Assembly: GCA_004431415.1 (NCBI GenBank)
Contig: QPMI01000511.1
Coordinates: 62,001 to 126,000, forward strand
Origin: Cyanophora paradoxa CCMP329
Lineage: Eukaryota; Plantae; Glaucophyta
DNA length: 64,000 bases
Reading direction: 5' to 3'
The notes under the pieces were generated by a model. The model did not search any database, was not told where the DNA came from, and was given only the letters and a program-made list of their open reading frames with translations. A program made the translations under genes and the position numbers. Of the stretch, positions 56,652-64,000 are shown in pieces (positions within the stretch are counted from its first letter, which is position 1; the number at the start of each line of letters is the position of its first letter).

Positions 56652-57443
56652 TCAAAGGCCGTTGAACTTGCCGCCCACCGCCTTGGGCTCCGCCGCCGTC
56701 GAGGCCGCCGCCTCCGTCACCTCCTTCATTACCTCCGGGTTCGCGTTCGCCGCGTGCACCGCCAGCACCGTCTGCACAAGGGCCATCCCCAGGCGCGCCT
56801 CGGGCCCCAGGGTCACGTAGCGCGAGTACTTGATCACCAGCTCCTCCAAAATCGGCTGCACCTGGTCCATCGAAGAGAGCGTCGCCTGCCCGAGCCCGTC
56901 GAGCTTCAGGCCGATCGGATCGTACGCCTTGTTCAGGTGCTCCAGCGAGTGCATGCCCGCGATCAGAAAGAGGCGCGCCGCCTCCAGCGAACCCCGCGTG
57001 CTCAGCTCGCGCTGAATCTCCTCGTACTCTTCCTTCAGCTCGTCCAGCGGCGTCGCCAGGCTCAGCTTCTTCGTGGACGTAAGCTCGCCCCGAACGAGCG
57101 CCGGTACTGCGCGATCTGCCGCAGAACCTGCTTCTTCTCGTCCACGTCACCTGCGCCTCGTCCGCGGCCGCTCCTGCAGGTCGATTCCAGCGCCTTTTTC
57201 ACGCTCTGCTCCTTTTTCTTCGTCATTTCGATGTGCTCCTGCACGCTGAAGCTCGCGCCCTTGCTCGGCGCCGTCGGCGGCACGCGGGCCCGTCGCCCGG
57301 CAGCGCCATCCTGTCGCCTTCGGCGCCTTCTCCCCTTTTCCTTGCCCTCCTTCGCGGGGCGGCCTTCTTCCGGGCTGCGGGATTCCACGGGGTTCGGCCC
57401 GTCCACGGCCAGCGCCTCGAAGCCAAGCATCGCGAGGGTCCAT
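56652..57443 (-). CDS. Conserved NCLDV protein (DUF5767-like), frameshifted
   Basis: ELKEEYEEIQREL...LEHLNKAYDPIGLKLDGL...LEELVIKY...PEARL...VHAAN matches the recalled family pattern E.LN..yDP..lkLdG..EL..KY..PE..L..H..N. Confidence 0.7.
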
Positions 57444-57485
57444 CCTTTACGCCTGCCCCTTAGAAATATTTTTACTCGAGTCAGC

Positions 57486-58917
57486 TCAACGAAGAGCTCG
57501 ACGTACAGCCACAGCTTCTCGCGCAGCTCCGGCCCGCTGCCGTAGAGAGCGAGCGCACGGCCGAGGCGTACTCCTGCGGCAGCCTCTCGAAACCGAGTCG
57601 TCCTTCGCCTTGATTAATTCCGCCTCCGCGTTGATGTGCTCCTGAACAGAACGATGACCGCCGTGGCCCCTATGCCGCGCAGCGACTGGATCTGCGCCCG
57701 CACCCCGTGCTCCTTGGCCTCCGGCTCCAGAGGTCGAGGAAGCGGCCCCAGCGCGCCTCGATCTGCTCGCCCAGCGTCGCCTCCGTCGCTGCCATGTGCT
57801 CGCGTGGGCCTCAGAAATTACTGACGGGTCGGAGGGCCCGGCTGCTAGGTCGTACATCTCCGCCTTCCGGGCGTTCGTTTCCGCGAGCATGGTAATCTGA
57901 CTGTTCTCCGTGTTCCGGACGAGGGCCTGGAAGGCTGTCTGAATTGCAGTCTGCGATGCTTCGACATACCGGCCACCGTCCCTTTGCACGGAGCGCTTCC
58001 ATGCGTCCTTTCTCGAACGGCGTGGCAAGCTGGTTGCTCTGCAGCGCAGGGAGCGGGTTGACGACGCGGGGCAGCAGTTCTGGTCCGCGTAAGGCGTGGC
58101 CGTGGGCAGGGCCGGGCCGCGCGTCCCGGCTGATCGAGGAGCATGCCCCGAACGGATTGCCCCGGCTGAAGTCCACGTCGTTGCGCCCGTAGGGCTTGTT
58201 GACGGCGCTGCTGATGTTGGCCGTCTGCGCGTTGAACATGGCGAGAGGTCGGGGTGTAGCCGCGCGCAGCCCTGCGGGTTCGCAGCCGTCTGCCCGTAGC
58301 GACCGGCCGGCCCGAGCAGGTTCTCCTTCTCGATCTCTTCCATCGTCTGATCCAGCCGCGCTCGCGCGCCCACTTCATGACGAGATCGTCGTAGTTCATC
58401 GGAAGAAAACCTTCTGGTATTTATCGAAGCGCTGAATTTCGATATCCTGCTCGATCATGTTCGTAATTCGCTCCAGCAGCTCGGGTATATTCCTCGAGCA
58501 TTTGGCGACGCCCGGCTGCTTCAGGTCGAAGGCCGTCATCGCCCACTGGTCGAAATCGCGAATCATGATTTCCTTCCGCAGCTGAACGCGTTCTCCACAT
58601 CCTCCTCGTTGATCGTGCGGCCGGTTCGCGTTCTGCAGCTGCTGTCGGATGCCATGCGCATCAGCTTCTCCATCGAGGGCGTGTACTTCATCGCGGGCAG
58701 GGTCTTCGTTTCCCCCCGCTGAGCCCAGGCCGCGCCTTATCCTCGGGCGTGTAGATGTCCGCCTTCGTCCCATCTACGACGGGCACCTCGGGCATAATCG
58801 TGCCCGGAAGGAACTTGTTCACGATGCGTCCATGTCGGCCTTCAGGTCGTTCTTCAGCGACTGGCGCTGCTTCTTAGAGCCCTCCCCAATGTCCATCATA
58901 GAGTGGCCCTTCGTCAT
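57486..58917 (-). CDS. Large viral hypothetical protein downstream of MCP (multiple frameshifts)
   Basis: Coding-like sequence runs continuously across frames from MTKGHSMMDIG and includes DFDQWAMTAFDLKQPG..PELLERI..DDL. Confidence 0.55.
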
Positions 58918-58994
58918 CGCGCCTCGGTTAGGATCCCAGTGGAAAATTTATTGGTTCACATCGGCCTACCAGCACACCCTGGCTAACAAGCAAT

Positions 58995-60343
58995 CTAATG
59001 GAAGCGGCGGTAGGCGCCGCCGTTGGTGAAGGTGATCTCGTTGTAGTAGCGGCAGTAGATGTCGGCCACGGGCTTGTCCGTGCCGTAGGTCTTGAGCGTG
59101 GTGAGCGTGAGCTCGATGGTCTTGAAGGCGCCATGTCGAGGCCGCCGAACATCTTGGTGTTGTCGGCCACGTCGTGCCGAAGGGAGCGAGTAGATGAACT
59201 CCGTCCCGAACTGGCCCACGTTGCGGGGCTGGATGTCGCTGCTGTGCCGTCGTGGGTCGCAAGGGTCGTGGGGCCGTGTCGTTGCCCGACCACGGGTGCG
59301 GGTGCAGCGCGTCGGCCACGTCGGCCGCTGCCGTCCCGTCCATCGAGGTCACGCCCGCAGCAGCTCGAGGTGCTTGCGGGCGGGGCGTGCGTGTGCTCCT
59401 TGTGCGCGATGGCCGTGCGCAAAAAGTGCGCGTCGTGGTTCGAGCTATCGAGCACCTTGATGTTGTCGCACTTCAGCTCGATCTTGTCGAGCGGGCGGAA
59501 GCGCAGAAGTGCTCGCCGTTGTCGGTGTGCGGCTTGTCGCGCACCACGATGATCAGCTCGTAGCAGATTCCGGTGAAGGGCAGGCGGATGGCCTTGCGAC
59601 TCGAACGAGACGTGGTAGTGCTGCACGTACTTGCCGCCACGTGAACGAGTTCGGGTGCAGCGCCAGCTCGCGCGAGTCGATGTGCACGTAGCGCAGGATG
59701 AGCTTGGTGTCCAGGCTGACGGTGCTCGTCAGGTTGGTGTTGGTGTGCAGGCCGCCGTCCACGTACGAGGCCGTGATCTCCTTCTGCGAGGCGTACGTGA
59801 TCTGCAGCTTCATGTCGTTTCCGGAGCAGCGGAGCTTGTGGAGCGGCACGGCGAACTTTCGACCGTGGCCGTCGCGATGCGAATCGGTATGTACAGCGTG
59901 TTCGAGCCTTGCCCCGGCGGCGCAGCGCTGGTGCGCCCAGAGGTTGTTCACCATGTCGACGTGCTGGACGACGGACTTGTCGTCCTCGAACTCGCGTAGA
60001 TGGCGTCGTAATGGCCGTCGTACTCGTGGATCAGCTGGCGCCACGAGATCTTCACCTTCTTGGCAGCACGTAGCCGGCCTTCGGGATGTAGAAGTGGTCC
60101 GCGTTCGTCAGCGCCGGCAGCGTCACCTTGAGCCAGGAGTCGTTGAACATCGGCGCCGAGTGCGGGATGACGATGTCGACGGTCTGGCGAAGCTCACGCC
60201 CGACTGCACGGGGCTCACTCGAGCACCTCGTCGACGAACGGCATCGCCGTGTCGAGGTCTCGTGCACGTGCACCGACGCATCGGAGCTGCGCAGCGAGTG
60301 GTGCAGGGCGGTTCGTGGGGGTGGAGATGAGCGCGGAAGCCAT
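58995..60343 (-). CDS. Double-jelly-roll major capsid protein, NCLDV-like (multiple frameshifts)
   Basis: About 450 codons. Motifs: TVDIVIPHS..FNDSWLKVTLPAL, FAVPLHKL..MKLQITY, LRYVHID..E, CYELIIVVR, LDKIELKCD, IYSLP, GGLDM..FKTIELTL and DIYCRYYNEITFTNGGAYRRF*. The last motif parallels the NCLDV C-terminal YA..YN.L.I.NG. Confidence 0.85.
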
Positions 60344-60388
60344 GGTGGTTTAGGGGTGCGTTGAGAAAATTTTTTGGGTGGGCCTACG

Positions 60389-62588
60389 TTATTAGAGGGC
60401 GCGTCCCCCGTCTCGCAGGTCCGCGTCGTACGCCTCTGCGGAGTGCGTCGTGATGCAGACCGTCGCGTGTGCGTTAAGATACCCAGGCAATCCTTGGCCC
60501 AACATGAAGTAACGCTCTGGATCCAAGTTCATGAGTTGCTGGGCCGCTCCTTACGCGCCGCACACGCTCATAAAGGGTGCCCTTTGCCGCAGAATCCGAG
60601 CGGGTCGCTTCTCGCTCAGCTTCGAAGAATTTCACGACATCCCGCCAGGTCCGAAATATCACGGTGCTGCTCTGCTATCGTGCCTGTGCCTGTTGATCCA
60701 GCTGCCTGGCATGGGCTATCGATGCCAGTGGTTGAATCGATTTCTTCTGCAAGGTATTTCGCGCACGGCGGCGTCCCCTGCAGCGCGCGCGATTTCGGCG
60801 ATACGCTCACAAGAATCCCTCCCGGCGAGCCGATTGCCGGCGCTCCGCTCCGCTCCTCGTCATGGGATGTCTGGACTGGCTGGAATTGCCTGGAGCCCGG
60901 AGCGAATTTCTTCAGCAGCCCCCACGGCGAGCTTCTGTCGCCTCTTTCACCTTCTTGGCGGCCAGTTCAAGCGCATCGTTTACGTCCATGGTCGTATACC
61001 CGGGTCTCCGCCCATATCCTTGTACGCGGCCCTGCGCTTGTCCATGGCTTCCATCTCGCGCGGGGACGAGGGGGCGATTTCTATCCCCGCGTTTGCGAGT
61101 TGAGCCTGGACGGCGACGGGCACTGCTCGAGCACGGCCCTTGCCGGCAACGGCCACCGCCTCGGCCGCCACCACCTCTGGCGGGCGCGAGGGCCCCGCCT
61201 GCGGCTCGGGTGGCGGCGGGGGCGGCGGGGGGGTGGCGGGGGCTGCTGCTCCGCTGGGGGCGCCGACGGCCGGGCCACCGTGTCCGGGGGCTGCGAGGGG
61301 CCGGGCTGCGGCTGCAGCGGTGGCGTCTTCGGCCCGGGGGGCGGAGGCGGCGGAGGCGGAGGCCCCGGAGGCGGGGCCCCCCCTTCGTCGTCGGAGTCTG
61401 ACTCGATCATTTCGTCTCTGGGTTCCTTGGATGGCAGGGCCTTCTGAATGAGGGCCTCGCGCGCGCCCTTGCCCGCCTTGATTGCTCTGCCCATGGCCGC
61501 CTCCGGGAAACTGGCCTCGATGGCCTCGTTGTCCCCGTCCGTGATGCGCACCTTCTGCTCGCGGCGGGCCTTGATGTACTTTTCCTTGTCCATCCGCTTC
61601 TTCGCCCGCCTCTCCCTGGGCACGTCGCGCTGGCGGCTCTCGTCCGGCCCCGGCCCCTCGCTGTCCGAGCTCGAGGGCGGCTCGGCCTGGGCGAAGGGCT
61701 GGCGCGTGTTGCGGTTCGCGTAGTCGGGGTCGTACTTCCCTCCGATCAGCTCCTCGGGCTTCTTGTTCTCGCGCGCGTAGATGCTCGTGGGCTTGAACTC
61801 CTCGCCGTTGATGATGTACTTGTAGTAGTAGTACGCGTCCTCGAGGTTCATCGGCCCCAGCGTCTCGAGGCGCTTCTTGCGCTTCAGGAATTCGGTGATC
61901 TGATCCTCCTTCGACTTGCAGAACTCCCGCACGCCCGGCAGCACCGTCAGGTTCTTGCCGTCCACGTCGCAGGCGCCCGCCCCCTTGGCCTTCAGGTTCG
62001 CGGTGAAGGCCGACTGGCCCATCAGCCAGGCGCGGAAGCCCTCCTCGTACTCCTCGTCGAGGCTCGACTCCATCTGCTGGAACTTGTTGATGTAGTAGGC
62101 GTTGGCGATGGCCTGCGCCTCCACCTCGGCGAGCTTGTCCGATTGATCGCGCTCCTCGAACCGAATTTCCGGCGTGGCCCTCGCCAGCGCCGTCTTCATC
62201 AGCTGCTGAAAGTGTGCGTACTTGTCGCTCTCGAAGGGCGTGATGTGCGAGTCCCCGCCCCCCGGGATCGCGAGCACGTTGCGCGGCGCGAAACGCGAGG
62301 CGAGCCCCCTCATTTGCACTTCTTAGGAGCCGGCTTTGAAATTTTATCGGTCTTGGCCTTGTCTTCCTTCCCGTCCTTCTTCTCGGCCCCCTTCTTCCCC
62401 TGCTTCGTCGGGCGCATCGCCACGAATATTTCGCCGGGCGAGACGTCCTCGTACAGCGGCTTCGGTCCCTTAGGAAATTCGGGCGGGCCCTTCAGCTTCT
62501 CCTTCGCCTCCTTCACCTCCGCCTTGGTGGGCCGCTCCTGCCCGTTCGTGGGCGCCTTTTTCGCGGGCTTCTTCTGCGCCTCCGGCAT
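60389..62588 (-). CDS. Large viral hypothetical protein upstream of MCP (frameshifts at ~62315, ~61200 and below)
   Basis: ORFs 62310-62588 and 61081-62319 plus downstream frames. The core reads GFRAWLMG..LPGVREF..LGPMNLEDAYYYYKYI, followed by a Pro-rich linker. Confidence 0.6.
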
Positions 62589-62609
62589 GTTTACCCATCA
62601 CCAGAAAAA

Positions 62610-62926
62610 TATGGGTTGGCGCCCCCGTACGTCTCGGGGAACTGCCTCTCCCACCTGCGCATGGCCGCGTCCCTCTGGTCGCGAAGCTACGGTAGGCCGC
62701 GGCCCTCTGCCCCATCACGATTTGCCAGAGCCGTGCACGGACCTCGTCCTGCAGTCTGTACACCCAATCGCGAATGTTCTCGACGATATCCGTCGGCAGC
62801 GTGGCCAACCCCGCCTTGATCTCGGGTACATCCGTGGGATCCTCTTCGAGCGTAAGCTTCTGCATGCGAGCGCGCAGCATCTCAATTTGCGTATCGATTG
62901 GGGCCAATAAGGATAGATCGAGACAT
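62610..62926 (-). CDS. Small viral hypothetical protein (frameshifted; ends uncertain)
   Basis: MLRARMQKLTLEEDPTDVPEIKAGLATLPTDIVENIRDWVYRLQ. ATTTCTCA upstream. Confidence 0.45.
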
Positions 62927-62938
62927 CGGGGTACGGGG

Positions 62939-63198
62939 TCACTGAGAAATAACACTGGGTCGGAAGAGGAGGTACCCCACCAGGATCCCCGCTATAATCC
63001 AGAGGGGCGACCAGTCGCGCTCCGCCGGCGCGCCCCCGGCGTCACCATCAGCTGCCCCGCCCGGGCCTGCGCAGGCCGTGCGTGCGTGGTCCGCCCAGTG
63101 CGGGCGCGGGAACTGCTCCTGCGGCATGCGCTCGGGGTAGACGCCGTCGAATCGGTTCTGCATTTGTACATGTCCCTATCGAACAGCAGGGAGGCCAT
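62939..63198 (-). CDS. Small viral protein with C-terminal TM (frameshift ~63165)
   Basis: MASLLFDRDMY continues to DWSPLWIIAGILVGYLLFR. Confidence 0.55.
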
Positions 63199-63201
63199 TT
63201 C

Positions 63202-63805
63202 TCAATTTGGGAGGGACTTAGAAATACTGCCCGTGAGCTCCCTGTCGCGGATCCTGCGAAAATCCGCGAAGAGCCCGCGCGCGCAGCGCCTGCAGACGAG
63301 GCGGGCCCGCCCGCCCACGCGCGCCACCGAGATCTCGTGGCCGAACTGCAGGTGGCCCGGGAAGCAGGTGGGGGGTAGTCGCAGACGAAGCAGTGAACTG
63401 GGCAGTTGCGCCGCCGGATCACATCTGAATTGCAATCGCGGCTCGCTCGCCGCCTTCCTCGGCGCGCGCTGGCGCTTGGGCTGGCCTCGAGCGGGCTCGG
63501 GTCGCCCTCCGCGGGGGCCGCCTTGGCCTTCTGCCGGGCGCCGCGGGGGGCTTCGGGCCGTAGGGGCTGCCGGTGCCTGGCTCGAGCCGGCGGCCGGGCC
63601 AGCGGCGTCGGTCACCTGCGGGCGCTGCGGCGGCGGGCTGGTCTCCCGGGCCCCCTCCTCGAGGACCCGGCGCATGAAGCGCGAGACGCGGCCGCTGCGT
63701 GCAGGAGCCGACGGCCACCTGGCGGTTTTCTTGCTGGTACGCACCTCGACGTTGGCGAGCTTGGTGTTGGAGCGGCACTTGAAGCAGTAAGTGGGCGTGC
63801 TCCAT
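63202..63805 (-). CDS. DUF5679-like zinc-ribbon protein (frameshifted; may be two genes)
   Basis: Stitched sequence YCFKCRSNTKLANVEVRTSK.NRQVAVGSCT...RVSRFM. A further C-x2-C (VCRRC) lies downstream. Confidence 0.6.
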
Positions 63806-64000
63806 GGGATCTAGCTACGGGTGTAGACAGCCTTCAGAAAAAAGTGCGTAGTAGCGGACGGCGCACCGGGGGCAGCAGACGTAGACGCCCGCCTTGAGCA
63901 CCCAGCGCGCTTGGTCTGGGGCAGGCGGCAGATTTCGCAGCAGAGGGCCTCGGCTTACGGCACGAGGATCCCATCTGGCGGGCCTCCAGAAATCGCAACG

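Larger units (their letters stand above)
39008..64000. mobile_element. Endogenous small dsDNA virus with NCLDV-type genes (mriyavirus/yaravirus-like); continues past the right edge
   Basis: Dense, mostly intronless genes: NCLDV-type MCP, D5/SF3 helicase, YqaJ, SSB, DUF5767-like and DUF5679-like. These genes share an upstream motif. The left boundary is approximate. Confidence 0.85.

Noticed and set aside
39008-64000. Maverick/Polinton or virophage assignment
   Set aside because: No pPolB, RVE integrase or adenain protease is seen, and the MCP, SSB, YqaJ and DUF5767-like genes look NCLDV-type. It is not fully excluded because the element is truncated by the window.
63814-64000. Cys-rich ORF end (CEIC...CPRC) at the window edge
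   Set aside because: It is partial and frameshifted, too little to assign.

Overview
Very GC-rich eukaryotic (protist/alga-type) DNA with short spliceosomal introns. The intron style recalls glaucophyte (Cyanophora-like) genomes, but this is an unverified impression. The left part (1-38.7 kb) holds intron-rich host genes: a soluble-adenylyl-cyclase/ADCY10-like cyclase-ATPase, an EF-hand TKL-type kinase, a large single-pass surface protein, a SAYSvFN+SEC-C protein and a low-GC gene with a GATA-like finger. It also holds an apparently complete 10.1-kb tyrosine-recombinase (DIRS-order, PAT/Ngaro-type) retrotransposon with split direct repeats (14264-24367). From about 39 kb to the right edge lies a compact endogenous dsDNA virus. 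It carries an NCLDV-type double-jelly-roll major capsid protein, a D5/SF3 helicase, a YqaJ nuclease, an NCLDV-type SSB, DUF5767-like and DUF5679-like proteins, a GNAT and many small membrane or basic proteins. No DNA polymerase, integrase or RNA polymerase is visible in the window. This best fits a small relative of Nucleocytoviricota (mriyavirus/yaravirus-like), which is an inference. Its helicase module contains spliceosomal introns, one of which splits Walker A. About 16 intronless viral genes share a WTTTCTNR motif just upstream of the ATG. A nested inverted-repeat/iteron hub sits at 53.2-54.7 kb. Many viral ORFs are broken by small indels (sequencing error or decay). All family assignments come from motif recognition by eye, not database searches.
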